Assembly: GCF_009914755.1 (NCBI RefSeq)
Contig: NC_060947.1
Strand: one strand, 5' to 3'
From: the human T2T-CHM13v2.0 reference genome, Homo sapiens
Length of the DNA: 64,000 nucleotides
Shown here: positions 18,701 to 35,394 of the stretch, piece by piece
Layout: every line of letters begins with the position of its first letter
Position numbering within the stretch: the first letter of the stretch is position 1
The notes under the pieces: generated by a model
Seen by the model: only the letters and a program-made list of their open reading frames with translations
The model's database searches: none
Told to the model about the DNA's origin: nothing
Translations under genes and position numbers: made by a program

Positions 18701-21700
18701 TGTTCTTATCTTTCTTATTTCTTATCTTCCACTTGATTTGGGTTTGGTTTGTTCTTGTTTCTCGAGTTCTTTGAGGTGTGACATTAGATGGTCAGTTTGT
18801 GTTCTTTCAGACTGTTCAATATAGGCATTTGATGCTATGAAAGTTCCTCTTAGCACTGTGTTTGCTGTATCTCATAGGTTTTCATAACTTATGTCACTAT
18901 TATCACTCATTTCAAATATTGCTTTAAGTTTCCATTTTAATTTCATTGTTAATCCAAAAATCATTCAAGAACAGATTATTTAATAGTTTTGAGGGTTCCT
19001 TTTGGAGTTGACTTCCAGTTTTATTCCACTGTGGTCTGAGAAGACATTTGATATGATTTTTATTTTCTTGAATTTATTGAGACTTGTTTTGTGACCTATC
19101 ATATGGTCTATCTTGGAGAATGTTCCATGTGCTGATGAGAAGAATGTGTATTCTGCATTTGTTGGGAAGAATGCTCTGTAAATATCTGTTAAGTCTATAT
19201 GTTCTAGGGTACAGTATAGTTTAACTGTATTATTTCTTTGTTGACTTTCTTTCTTGATGATCTGTCTGGTGCTGTCTGTGGAGTACTGAAATTCCCCCAC
19301 TTTTATTGTACTGCTGTCTACCTCACTTCTTAGGTCCAGTAGTAATTGATTTTATAAATCCGAGAGCTTTAATGTTAGGTGCATATAAATTTAGGATAGT
19401 AATATCTTCTGGCTGAATTGATCATTTTTATCACTATATAATATTCTTCTTTGTTTTTTTTTACTGTTGATGCTTTAAAGTCCGTTTTGTCTGATATAAG
19501 AATAACTACTCCTACTTGCTTTTTGTTTCCATTTATGTGGAATTCTTTTTCTACCCCTTTACCTTGAGTTTATATGGATCTTTATGTGTTAGGTGAGTCT
19601 TTTGAAGACAGCAGATATTTGGTTTGTGATTTCTTTTATCCATTCTACCATTCTGTACCTTTTAAGTAGAGCATTTAGGAAATTTATATTCAGTGTTAAT
19701 ATTGAGATGTGAGGTACTATTTCTATTCATCATGGTAGTTGTTACCTAGATACTTTCTTTTTTCCATTGTGCTATTGTTTTATGGGCCTTATGGGTTTTA
19801 TTCTTTTAGGAGGTGCTATTTTGCTGCACTTTGAGCTTTGTTTCAAGTTTTAGAATTTCTTATAGCATTTTATTTAGTGCTGATTTGGTAGTGGCAAATT
19901 CCCTCTGCATTTGTCTGAAAAATAGTTTCTCTCTCCTTCATTTATGAAGCTTAGTTTTGCTGGGTATAAAATTCTTGGCTGACAATTATTCTGTTTAAAG
20001 AGGCTAAAGATAGGACTTCAGTCCCTTCTAGCTTGTAAGGTTTCTGCTTAGAAGTCTGCTATTAGTCTGATAGGTTTTCCTTTATGGATTACCTGATGCT
20101 TTTGTCTCACAACTCTTAGAATTCTTTCCTTTGTGTTGACTTTAGGTAGTCTGATGACTATGTGCCTTGATGATTATCTTTTTGCAATGAATTTCTCAGC
20201 AATTCTTTGAGCTCTTGTATTTGGACATCTAAATCTCTAGTAAGGCCAGGGATGTTTATCTCAATTATTTCCTCAAATACATTTTCTAAATGTTAAGCCT
20301 TCTCTTCTCCCTCAGGCACACCAGCTATTCTTAGGTTTGGCTATAGATACAGTTTGAATCTGTGTCCCTAAAAAATATCATGTCAAATTGTAATCCCCAA
20401 TGTTGGAGGTGGGGCCTATTGGGAGGTGACTGGATCATAGGGACAGAGTTCTCATAAATGGGTTAGCACCATCCCCTTGGTGCTATTCTCATGATAGTGA
20501 GTGAGTTATCATGAGCTTTGGTTGCTTAAAAATATGCAGCACCTCCTCCCCTCTCCTTCTGCTCTGGCCATGTAAGATGTGCCTCCTCTTTTGCTTTCTC
20601 CTATGATTGTAATTTTCTGAGTCCTCCCCCAGAAGAATCCGTTATGCTTACTGTGCAGCCTGCAGAACTGTGAGCAAATTAAACCTCTTTTCTTTATAAA
20701 TTACCCAGTCTCAGGTATTTCTTTATAGCAATGCAAGAACAGACTAATACAGTCGTTTTACATAATCCCATATTTCCTGGAGCCATTGTACCTTTCTTTT
20801 GCTTCTTTTTTTGTTATCTTTGCCTGACAGGCTTAATTAAAAAACCATGTCTTCAAGCTCTGATGTTCTTTCTTCTAGTCTTTTTAGTCTATTATTGAAA
20901 ATTTCCACTACATTTTGTATTTCCCTAAGTGTGTCTTTCATTTTTAGAAATTCTGATTGTTTTTTCTTTATGATAGCTATCTCTCTGGAAAATTATTCAT
21001 CTTATCCAGAATTATATTTTTAGTTTCTTTATCTTGGTTTTCACCTTTCTCTGGTATCTCTCCTTGAGCAGCTTAAGAATCAACCTTCTAAGTTCTTTAT
21101 CTGGAATTTCAAAGGTTTCATCTTGGTTTGGCTCTATTGCTGAGGAGCTAATGTGATCTCTTGGGGGTGTTATAGGACCCTGTTTTGTCATATTACCGGA
21201 ATTATTTTTCTGGTTCCTTCTCATTTGGGTAGACTATATCTTCAAATTGTTATTGAATTTATTTTTGATCTGTGTTTTTTTTTCCTCTTAAAAATGTGTC
21301 TTTAATGTTTATAGCTTATTATAGTCTAATTTGGTTCTTGGTGCTTTTAAGGGAAAAGACTCTGTATGAGTTTCTTGGTTTTAGAGAGTCTTTGTGTGCT
21401 GGCTGTCTCAGATGTTGATTGTAGTAGTTATGTATTCAGTGTGTGGGCAAGTTCATTGTCTCCTATGGGGTTGGAATGGAAAGGATCTCAAAGCTTATCT
21501 CATTCACCCATGGTGTGTGTGTGTGTGTTTTTTTTATTTGATTTTTCCCCAGTTCTTTATTTAGTGAGTTGATGGTTCAGGCTTCAGGCTATTAGGGCAG
21601 GTATCCCTGGGTACAAACTGGTTGTAGCTAAAGCAGGTGGGTAGATGCAATACCCAATGGTGGGCAGAGGTTCCTGCCTTGATGAAGGTGACTGACAGAG

Positions 21701-23730
21701 GTCTAAATTAGATGCACTGAGTTTATATTAGCTTGAAGGTTGGGAACTGCCTCAGCTTCCCTGCCAGGCCAAGAGGAAAGCTATCCACCTCCAAACTTCA
21801 CTGCTGTCCCAGTGTTCCAGCTATTCAGATCAAACAGGCAACTCTTTTCATTTGTAGGAATGTTGATGTTCCAAGTAATAAGGAATTGTGATTCTGCCTC
21901 TCACGCAAGCCTGAACCTGGAAAGTGCTCCTCCTGTAGTGATGCAATCACCGTGAATTGTTCCAGGAAGCTTGTCTATAGATGCATCCATGCTGAGTTCC
22001 TGTGGGAGAAGCCCCAGCTGTGTCTGCCGTGCTGGACAAGGGGGAACAAGGACCCCTTCTCCAAGACCCTACATGAGCACAAAGGCTGCCTGATTCTTTG
22101 GGTAGAGGCCCAGAATTTCTCTGCTGTGCCCAGCACCACAATTGTGTCTTTGCTGAAAGAAAGTTCCCACCAGTGGAAAGATCTAAGACAGAAGACCTGC
22201 TGTGCAGATTCCTTTGTCCCACAGGGTGTTCTCTTGATGGGGTGATCTCCCCCTTCCCCTAACAGTAGGAATTCCTGAGAGCCAGACTACAATGATTGCT
22301 ATTGCTCTTCCAGATCTAGCCACCCAGTGGGGCTGCCACACTCTGGGCTGGTGCTAGGGAATGTCTGCAAGGGATTTGGTGATGTGACCTGTCTTCAAGT
22401 CTCCCAGCAGTGGGTACCAGCACCAACTCTGATGAGGATAACATAACAAGGAGTGGCATCTACTCTGTGAGATTCCTTCATTGGAGATAGGCTTAGTGTG
22501 CTGGTTTTCTCGAATGTTGTTTATAAAAGTAGTCAACTTGTCATACAGACAGATTCAGGGCCTCTGGTTAGCCAGGGTGTTGCAGGCAGTGGTGATAGCT
22601 GAAGTCACACCGCTGTTTCTCCTTCCTGGGTGCAGTGTTATTCTACCTAGACATGCTGTAATGGACTGTGTTGGTTGGTCTCCATCCAGGAGATGGCACT
22701 TGCAAAAGAGCACCAGCTGTGGTAGTAGCAGTGGGATTTGAGCTTGCCCTAAATTTCCCAGAAGAAGTATTCTGGTTTCTCAGGCAATAGGTAGAGCTAT
22801 AAATCTCTCAAATATTTATCTACTTCGTGTTAAGCAACCAGGGCAGGTAGAGGGGCACAACCAGGTGGTACAGGTTTAGGTGAGTCTGCACTCTGACTCT
22901 TCATGAGAGGGGAAAGCTGTGGCCCTTGTGAGGGTCAAGGGGTGGCTCTCAGGCTGCTGGGGTAATGCTCCAGATGGGGTGTATAACTGCCTCTACTGCA
23001 CAGAAGAGTTCACAGTGGGAGTGAGGAGTAGCAACGGCAGTGTCACCCAGCTCCCATGCAGTTGGCAAGGCAGATTTCACTGCACAGTGCTCCACTAACA
23101 GCACCAGGTTAAGATCCAGACAGTATGTGTACAGGACACAGACCTGCTCCAGGGCATAACCTTTCCCCACAGAAATATCAACCACAACTTTCAGGCCATG
23201 CCCCTCCCACATACTCCCACACAGGGAGGGGATGCAGGGCGAAAGAAGCTCTCCCACAGGACTGGGCACACAGATCCTGTGCTGGTGTCTACAGCACACT
23301 TTCAGCTTGACCCCAGGTTCTGGTAAAGGGAGTTCAGCTCCACTTGTAATTTTATCACAAAATTTAGCTGAGAGCTTCTTTCACCCTGTAAACCACTCCC
23401 TGAGCTAGTTGGTTGACTTCCCCGAGGTCTTCTGTGAGATATAATCAAGAATGGCTTCCTTTGGTCAATGCTAGAGACTGGGAATGCATACAAGGCACTT
23501 ACCTCTGCTGCTTCTACTTTTATGTTTCTCACCACTCCCTAAATCAGTTTCAGCTATGGGTAAGGTTAAGGTCTTCTCCCATGACCTGGATTTTCAGATT
23601 CCACAGTGTAGATGTGTATCCTGGAGGCAATCACTTCACTGATCACACACAGGAAACTTGCAGTTTTTCAGTTGTCTCATGGAGTACACCACATCCTGCT
23701 GCTTTGTTCAAAGTGTCTGTGGATACTTTC
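15741..23730 (-). mobile_element. Near full-length L1PB element with long 5'UTR
   Basis: L1PB 3'UTR (ttcaatagctttggggtac...), ORF2 remnants 16324-19300, ORF1 start MRRNQKNNSGNMTKQG at 21224, ~2.4 kb 5'UTR. Confidence 0.88.
20345..20751 (+). mobile_element. MSTA-type MaLR solo LTR inside L1PB ORF1
   Basis: ttgtaatccccaatgttggaggtggggcc...gcaatgcaagaacagactaataca; degenerate 5-bp TSD gctat/gtcgt. Confidence 0.88.
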
Positions 23731-24851
23731 CTTTGAGTGTATGGACATTTTAATAATATTAATTCTTCCAATCCATGAACATGGAACATTTTTCCATTTT
23801 GGGGTGTCCTCTTCAATTTCTTTCATCAGTGTTTTACAGTTTTCATTGTAGAGATCTTTCATGTCTTTGGTTAATTATAGGCATTTCATTTTTTTTGTGG
23901 CTATTGTAAATGGGATTACTTTTTAAATTTATTTTTCATACTGTTCACTATTGGCATATAAAAATGCTACTAATTTTTGTATGTTGATCTTGTATCCTGC
24001 AACATTGCTGAATTTGTTTATCAGTTCTAATAGTTTTCTTGTGAAGTCTTCAGGTTTTTACAAGATCATCTATCTGCAAACAAGGATAATTTGACTTCTT
24101 CCTTTTCAGTTTGGATGTCCTTTATATCTTTCTTTTGCCTGATTGCTCTAGCTAGGACTTCTAGTACCATGTTGAATAACAGTAGTGACAGTCAGCATTC
24201 TCGTTGTGTTCCAGATCTTAGAGAAAAGGCTTTCAGTTTTTCCACATTCAATATGATACTAGCTGTGGATTTGTCATATATGAATTTTACTATGTTGAGG
24301 TATGTTTCTTCTATCCCCAGATTTTTGAGGATTTTTATCATGAACGGTTGTTAAATTTTATCAAATGCTTTTTCAGCATCAATTGAAATTATAATGTGGT
24401 TTTCATTCTTCCTTCTGTTGATATGATGTATCACATTGGTTCATTTGCATATGTTGAACTAAACTTGCATCCCAGGGATAAATCACACTTGGTCATGACG
24501 AACGATCTATTTAATGTATTATTGAATTTGGGTTGCTAGTATTTTGTTGAGGATTTTTTAAATCACTTTCATCAGTGAGGTTGGCCTGTAGTTTTTTTGA
24601 AGTGTCTTTGTCTGATTTTCTTTTCTTGAAGTGTCTTTGTCTGATTTTGGTATCAGGATAATACTGGCCTCACAGAATGAGTTTGAAAGTACTCCCTCCT
24701 CACCTGTTTTTTGAGTTAGTTTGAGTAAGATTGGTATTAGTTCTTATTTAAATGTTTGGTAGAATTCAGCAGTGAAGTCACTGGGTCCTGGGCTTGCTTT
24801 TTTTTTTTCTTTTTTTTTTTTTTTTACTGGGAGACTTTTTATTATGGTTTC

Positions 24852-25226
24852 TGATATGGTTTGGCTCTGTGTACCCACCAAAATCTCATGTCACTTGTAA
24901 TCCCCACATGTCAGCAGCCTGGTGGGAAGTAATTGGATCATGGGGGTGGATTTCCCTCTTGCTGTTCTCATGACATTGAGTGAGTTCTCACAAGATCTCA
25001 TTGTTTAAAAGTGTGCAGCACTTCCCCCTTCACTCCCTCTCTCTCCTGCTACCATATGAAGAAAGTGCTTGCTTCTTCTTCACCTTCCACCATGATTGCA
25101 AGTTTCCTGACACCTTCCAGTCATGCTTCCTGTTAATCCTGCAGAATTGTGAGTCAACTAAACATCTTTTATTCACAAATGACCCAGTCTCAGGTAGTCC
25201 TTTATAGAAGTGTGAGAACAAATACA
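24852..25226 (+). mobile_element. THE1D/MSTA-type MaLR solo LTR inside L1MA ORF2
   Basis: tgatatggtttggctctgtg...gtgtgagaacaaataca, 375 bp; TSD gtttc/gcttc. Confidence 0.88.
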
Positions 25227-26797
25227 GCTTCAATCTTGTTACTTATTATTGGTCTGTTCAGGTTCTAGATTTCTTCCTGGTTCAATATTGGTAGGTTGTA
25301 TGTATCTACAAATTTGACTATTTCTTCTAGATTTTCCAATTTATTGGCATAAAGGTCCTCATAGTAGCCAATAACGAAACCTTGACTTTCTGCAATATCA
25401 GTTGTAATGTTTCCTTTTTCATTCTTAATTTTATTGATTTGTATCTTCTCTTTTTCTTATTCTGGCTAAAGGTTTGTCTATTTTGTTTAACTTTTCAAAA
25501 AACCAACTTTTTCCTTCATTGATCTTTTGTATTGCTTTTTTCATTTAAATTTCATTGATTTCTGCTCCAATATTTCTTATTTCTTTTTCTCTTCTAATTT
25601 AGGTTAGCTCTCACTTTGCTAAGTTCTTTAAGATTCATTGTTAGATTGTTCATTTGAAGTTTTACTCTTTTTTGATGTAAGCACTTGTACTGCTTTTGCT
25701 GTATCCCATAGGTTTTAGTATGTTATGTTTCCATTATCAGTTGCTTCAATAAATTTTTTCTTAATTTCTTTATTGACCCACTGGTCAGTCAGGAGCATAT
25801 TGCTTAATTTTCATGTGTTTATATAGTTTCCAAAATTCTTACTATTATTAATTTCTCATTTTATTCCATCGTGATCAGATAATATGCTTGACACTATTTC
25901 TAATTTTTGAATATTTTAAGGCTTGTTTTGTAACCTAACATATCATCTATACTTGAGAATGATCCACGTGTTGAGGAGAAGAATGTTTATTCTACAGCTA
26001 TCGGATGAAATGTTCTGTAATTAGGTCAATTTGGTCTACAGTGCCAAGTAAGTCTCATGTTTCCTTGTTGATTTTCTATCTGGAAGATCTCTCTGATGCT
26101 CAAAGTGGGGTGTGGGAGTCTCCAGCTATAACCATATTGTGGCTTATCTCTCCCTTTAGCTCTAATAATATTTCCTTTATATATCTGGGTGCTCCTATGT
26201 TGTGTGCCTATATATTTAAAATTGTTACATCCTCTTGCTGAATTGACCCCTTTATCATAATATAGTGACCTTCTTTGTTTCTTTGTATTCTTTTATGTTA
26301 AAATCTATTTTCCTGATATAAGTATAGTGACAACTGCTCTTTCTTGTTTTCCATTGGCAAGGAATACCTTTTTTCTATCCATTTATTTTCAGTCTATGTG
26401 TGTCTTTATAGGTAAAGTGTGTTTCTTGTAGGCAACAGATCAATGCATCTTTTTTTGTTTTTCATCCTTTTAGCCAGTCTATGTCTTTTGATTTGGGAGT
26501 TTAATCCATTTGCATTCATTGTTAGTATTGGTAAGAACTTACTCTTTCTACTTTTTGCTTGTTTCCTGGTTGTTTTGTGGTCTTCCTTTTCTTCTTTCTT
26601 TCCTTCTTGCCTTCCTCTAGTGAAGGTGATTTTATCTGGTGATATGATCTAGTTTCTTACTTTTTATTTTTTGTGTATCCATTGTATGTTTTCTTTGACA
26701 TGCAAATACTATATAACCTATTATTTTAAACTGATAACAACTTAACACTATTTGTATAAGCAAACAAAAAAGGGAAAATAAAACTACGGGGAGGGGC

Positions 26798-26806
26798 CAA
26801 GATGGC
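26798..26806 (+). promoter_or_regulatory. YY1 motif of the L1 internal promoter
   Basis: CAAGATGGC at the canonical position ~12 nt from the L1 5' end. Confidence 0.7.
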
Positions 26807-28527
26807 TGACTAGAAATGGCTGTGGTCAGAGGCTCCAACTGAGAAGAACAAAAATGGCCAATAAATCCTGCACTGGAAACTAAGGTATTCAGGTTCTCTC
26901 ATTGGGACTGACTGATGGTTGGAGTGGCCCACAGAGAATGAGGAAAAGCAGGGTGGTGCGACAGCCCACCTGGGAGCCACATGGGGCAAGGGGAACTCCC
27001 ACTTCCAACCAAGGGAGGCGGTGAGTGATTGTGCTACTCTGCCTGAGAAACCATACTTTTTCCATTGATCTATGGATCAGGAGACCTCCTTATGAGCCCA
27101 CACCACCAGGGTCTTGGGTCCCAAGCACAGAGATGTGCAGATTCTCAGTGGTCACTCGGCTTGAGACTGCCTAAGACTACTGAGTCCCTGGGAGGAGGGG
27201 CAGCCATCATCACTGCAGCTGCCTGCTGCCTAAGACAAATGAGCTCCTGGAGAGAAGGGTGGCAGCCATCACTGCTGCTGCAGTCTGCCATTTTTTTTCC
27301 TGCTGGTGCTGGGGAGACTGGATGGTTTGGACCCAGGAGAAATTCTCCACAGCACAGCACAGTGTCTGTGGCAGATCACAACTAGACTGCCTCTTTAAGC
27401 TGGACCCTGACCCATCCCTCCTCAAACCCCTCCAACCAGGGGTTTAGGGACAGAACTATCATCTCCCTGGAACTGAGCCCCTGGGAGGATGGGAGGCCAT
27501 GGCCTCCATGGATCCAGCCGACTTAGTCTTTCCCCTTGCTAGCTCTGAGGGATCCAGGTAGTCGAGATGAGTGGGATTACCCAGGGGTCAGCACACACCC
27601 TCCACCAAGCAGCAGCCAGACTGCTTTGTTTGTCCTGGATCCCATGCCTCCTGACTGGGTGAGACCTCCAACAGGGGTTACCAGACACCTTATACAGTAG
27701 CATTTCCACTGGCATCAGGTCAATGCCTCCCTGGGAGAGACATCCCAGAGGAAGGAGCAGGTAGCCATCTTTGCTATTCTGCAGCCTCTATCATTGACAC
27801 CTCCAGGTATAGCAGGGACCCAGGTGAATAGTGTCTGGAGTGGACCCCCAGCAAACAGCAACAGCCCTACAGAGCAGGGGCCTGACTATTACAATGAAAA
27901 CAAACAGAAAGCAGTAACAACAACAGTGTCAACAAAAAAGTTCCTATAAAACCCCATCCAAAGGTCAGCAACCTCAAAGATCAAAGCTAGATAAACTCAT
28001 GAATATGAGAAAGAATCAATAACAACAACAACAAAACGCTGAAAACTAAAAAACCCAGAGTGCTTCTTCTCCTCCAAATGATCAAAACACATCTCCAGCA
28101 AGGACACAGAACTAGGAGGAGGCTGAGATGGATGAATGGACAGAAGTAGGTTTCAGATGGTGGGTAATAAGAAACTTCACTGAGCTAAAGGAACATGTTC
28201 TAACCCAATGCAAAGAAGCTAAGAACCATGATAAAACATTACAGGAGCTGTTAACAGAATAACCATTTTACAGAGGAACATAAATGACCTGATAGAGCTG
28301 AAATTCCCAACACGAGAACTTCACAATGCAAACCCAAGTATCAATAACTGAATAGACCAAGCAAAGGAATGAATTTCAGAGCTTGAAGACTATAACTTTC
28401 AGAAATCAGACAGGCAGACAAGATTAGAGAAAAAAGAATGAAAAGGAATGAACAAAAACCCTGACAACTATGGGATTATGTAAAAACATCAAATCTATGA
28501 CTGATCAGGGTACCTGAAAGAGAAAAG

Positions 28528-29058
28528 GTGAACAGAACCAAGTTGGAAAACATACTTCAGAAAATCATCCAGGAGAACATCCCAAACCTAACAAGACAGA
28601 CCAACATTCAAATTCAGGAAATCCATACAACCGCAGTAAAATCTTCCTTGAGAAGATCAACCCCAAGACACATAATCATCAGATTCTCCAAGGTTGAAAT
28701 GGAGGCAAAAATGTTAACGGCAGCCAGAGAGAAAGGCCAGGTCACCTACAAAGGGAAGCCCATCAGACTAACAGTGGACCTCTCAGCAGAAACCCTACAA
28801 GCTAGAAGAGAATGGGGGTCAATAGTCAACATTCTTAAAGAAAAAAATTTCCAACCAAGAATTTCATATCTTGCTAAACTAAGCTTCGTAAGTGAAGGAG
28901 AAATAAAATCCTATTCAGACAAGCAAATGCTGAGGGAATTCGACACCACCAGGCCTACCTTGCAAGAGCTCCTGAAGGAAGCACTAACTATGGAAAGGAA
29001 AAACCATTACCAGCCACTGCAAAAATACACTGAAGTACAAAGTCCAATGACACTATGA
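28528..29058 (+). pseudogene. L1 ORF1p C-terminal remnant (RRM/CTD)
   Basis: TPRHIIIRFSKVE...KGKPIRLTVDLSAETLQARREW...FQPRISY; upstream part has stops. Confidence 0.9.
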
Positions 29059-32000
29059 AGCAACTACATCAACAAGTCTGCTAAATAACCAGCTAGCATC
29101 ATGATGACAGGATCAAATTCACACATAACAATATTAGCCTTAAATGTAAATGGGCTAAATGCCCCAATTAAAAGGCATATAATGGTAAACTGGATAAAGA
29201 GTCAAGACCCATTGGTGTGCTGTATTCAAGAGAGAGCCATCTCATGTGCAAAGACTCACATAGGCTCAAAATAAAGGGATGGAAGAAAATTTACCAAGCA
29301 AATGGAAAGCAGAGAAAAATCAGGGGTTGCAATCCTAGTTTCTGACAAAACAGACTTTAAACCAACAAAAATCAAAAAAGACAAATAAGCACATTACATA
29401 ACGGTAAAGGGATCAATTCAACAAGAAGAGCTAACTATCCTAAATATATGTGCACCCAATACAGGAGCACCCAAGTTCATAAAACAAATTCTTAGAGACA
29501 TACAAAGAGGCTAAGACTACCACACAATAATAGTGGGAGACTTTAACATTCTACAGTCAATATTAGATCATTGAGACAGGAAGTTAACAAGGATATTCAG
29601 GACTTCAACTCAGCTCTGGCTCAAGTGGACCTGACAGGTATCTAAAGAACTCTCAACCCCAAAACAACAGAATATACGTTCTTTTCAGCATCACATGGCA
29701 CTTACTGTAAAATCAATCACATGATTGAAAGTAAAACACTCCTGAGCAAATGCAAAAGAACAGAAATCATAACAAACAGTCACTCAGACCACAGTGCAAT
29801 CAAATTATAACTGAAGATTAAGAAACTCAGTCAAAACCACACAACTACCTGGAAATTGAACAACCTGCTTCTGAATGACTACTGGGTACATAATGAAATT
29901 AAGACAGAAATCAAGATGTTCTTTGAAACCAATGAGAACAAGGAGACAACTTACCAGAATCTCTGGGACGCAGCTACAGCAGAGTTAAGAGGGAAATTTA
30001 TAGCACTAAATGCTCACATCTAAAAGCTAGACAAATCTCAAATTGACACACTAACATCAAAACTAAAAGAACTAGAGAATCAAGAGCAAACAAACCCCAA
30101 AGCTAGCAGGAGATAATAAATAACAAAGATAGGAGTGGAACTGAAGGAGATAGAGACATGAAACCCCTTAAAAAAATCAATGAATCTAGGAGCTGGTTTT
30201 TTGAAAAAATAAAATAGACTGCTAACTAGACTAATGAGGAAGAAATGAGAGAAGAATCAAATAGACACAGTGAAAAATGATAAGGGGGATATCACCACTG
30301 ACCCCACAGAAATACAAAACGTCATCAGAGAACACTACAAACACCTCTGTGCAAAAGTAATAAATACCCTACCAATCAAAAGAAGCCCAGGACCAGATGG
30401 ATTTACAGCTGAATTCCATCAGAGGTACAAAGAGGAGCTAGTTCCATTTCTTCTGAAATTATTCTAAACAATTGAAAAGGAGAAACTTCTTCCTAACTCA
30501 TTTTAGGAGGCCAGCATCATCCTGACACCAAAATCTGGCAGAGATACAACAAAAAAAGAAAACGTCAGGCCAATATCTCTGATAAATTTGATGCAAAAAT
30601 CCTCAATAAAATACTGGCAGACCAAATCCAGCAGCACATCCAAAAGCTTATCCACCATTACCAAGTCGGCTTTATCCCTGGGATGAAAGACTTGCTCAAC
30701 ATACACAAATCAATAAATGAAATTCATCACATAAACAGAACTAAAGAAAAAAAACATAATTATCTCAATAGACACAGAAAAGGCCTTTGATAATATTCAA
30801 CTCCCTCCATTTTAAAAACTGTCAAGAAACTAGATATTGAAGGAACATACCTCAAAATAATAAGAGCCATTTATGGTAAACCCACAGCCAATATCATTCT
30901 GAATGGGCAAAAGCTGGAAGCATTCCCCTTGAAAACCCACACAAGACAAGGATGCTCCCTCTCACCACTCCTAATCAACATAGCATTGAAAGTTCTGGCC
31001 AGGGCAATCAGGCAAGAGAAAGAAATAAAGGTGTTCAAATAGGAACAAAGGAAGTCAAACTGTCTCTGTTTGCAGATGACATGATCCTATACCTAGAAAA
31101 CCCCCATCATATCAGCCCAAAAGTGTCTTAAGCTGATAAACAATATCAGCAGTATCAGGATACAAAATCAATGTGCAAAAGTCACAAGCAATCCTATACA
31201 TCAACAACAGGCAAGCAGAGAACCAAATCATGCATGAACTCCCATTCACAACTGTTACACAGAGAATGAAATACCTAGGAATATAGCTAAAATGGGAAGT
31301 TAAGGACCTCTTCAAGGAGAACTACAAACCACTGTTCAAAGAAATCAAAAAGGACACACAAAAAATGAAAAAAACATTCCATGCTTATGGATAGAAAGAA
31401 TCAATATCATGAAAATGGCCATACTGCCTAAAGTAATTTATGGATTCAGTTCTATTCCCTTTAAACTACCAGTGACACTCTTCACAGAATTAGAAGAAAA
31501 GCTACTTTAAAATCCATATGGAACCAAAAAGGAACCTGTATAGCCAAGACAATCCTAGAGAAAAAGAACAAAGAGGGAGGCATCATGCTACCTGACTTCA
31601 AACTACACTACAAGGCTACAGTAACCATAACAGCATGGTACTGGTACAAAACCGAAACATAGACAAATTGAACAGAATAGAGATCTCAGAAATAAGACTG
31701 CATATCTACAAGCATCTGATCTTCAACAAACCTGACAAAAAGAAGCAACGGGGAAAGAATCTCCTATTTAATAAATGGTGCTGGGATAACTGGCTAGCCA
31801 TATGCAGAAAATTGAAACTGGTTGCCTTCCTTACACCTTATACAAAAATTACCTAAAGATGGATTAAAAACTTAAATGGAAAGCCCAAAGTTATAAAAAC
31901 CCTAGAAGAAAATCTAGCCAATACCATTCAGAACATAAGCACAGGCAAAGATTTCATGACAAAGATGTCAAAAACAATTGCAACAAAAGCAAAAATTGAT

Positions 32001-32284
32001 GAATGGGATCTAATTAAACTAAAGAGCTTCTGCACACCAAAAGAAACTATCATCAGAGTGAACAGACAGCCTAAAAAATGAGAGAAAATTTTTACAATCT
32101 ATCCATCTGACCAAGGTCTAATACCCAGAATCTACAAGGAACTTAAACAAATTTACAAGAAAAAAAAACCATTAAAAAGTGGGCAAAGGAAATGAAGAGA
32201 CATTTCTCAAAAGAAGACATTTATATGGCCAACAAACATGAAAAAAAAGCTCAACATCACTCATCATTAGAAAATTCAAGTCAC

Positions 32285-34447
<2,163 letters not shown>

Positions 34448-35394
34448 CAGAATGGGAGAAAATTTTTGCAATCTACTCATCTGGCAAAGGGCTAATATCC
34501 AGAATCTACAATGAACTCAAACAAATTTACAAGAAAAATCAAACAATCCCATCAAAAAGTGGGCGAAGGATATGAACAGACACTTCTCAAAAGAAGACAT
34601 TTATGCAGCCAAAAGACACATGAAAAAATGCTCATCATCACTGGCCATCAGAGAAATGCAAATCACAACCACAATGAGATACCATCTCACACCAGTTAGA
34701 ATGGCAGTCATTCAAAAGTCAGGAAACAACAGGTGCTGGAGAGCATGTGGAGAAATAGGAACACTTTTACACTGTTGGTGGGACTGTAAACTAGTCCCAC
34801 CATTGTGGAAGTCAGTGTGGCAATTCCTCAGGGATCTAGAACTAGAAATACCATTTGACCCAGCCATCCCATTACTGGGTATATACCCAAAGGATTATAA
34901 ATCATGCTGCTATAAAGACACAGGCACACGTATGTTTATTGAGGCACTATTCACAATAGCAAAGACTTGGAACCAACCCAAATGTCTAACAATGATAGAC
35001 TGGATTAAGAAAATGTGGCACATATACACCATGGAATACTATGCAGCCATAAAAAATGATGAGTTCATGTCCTTTGTAGGGACATGGATGAAGCTGGAAA
35101 TCATCATTCTCAGCAAACTATCGCAAGGACAAAAACGCAAACACCACATATTCTCACTCATAGGCTGGAATTGAACAATGAGAACGCATGGACACAGGAA
35201 GGGGAACATCACACACAGGGGCCTGTTGTGAGGTGGGGGAAGGGGGGAGGGATAGCATTAGGAGATATACCTAATGTTAAATGATGAGTTAATGGGTGCA
35301 GCACACCAACATGGCACATGTATACATATGTAACAAACCTGCACGTTGTTCACATGTACCCTGAAACTTAAAGTATAATTAAAAAAAGAAAAGA
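34448..35394 (+). mobile_element. Non-inverted 3' segment of the L1PA4-like insertion
   Basis: ORF 34572-35174 is the ORF2 cysteine-rich C-terminus; 3'UTR ggagatatacctaatgttaaatga; A-tail; TSD aaaattcaagtcac (32271-32284) / aaaatgcaagtcac (35395-35408). Confidence 0.93.

Noticed and set aside
34572-35174. 200-aa ORF as a standalone gene
   Set aside because: It is the C-terminus of L1 ORF2p, open simply because the L1PA4 copy is young.
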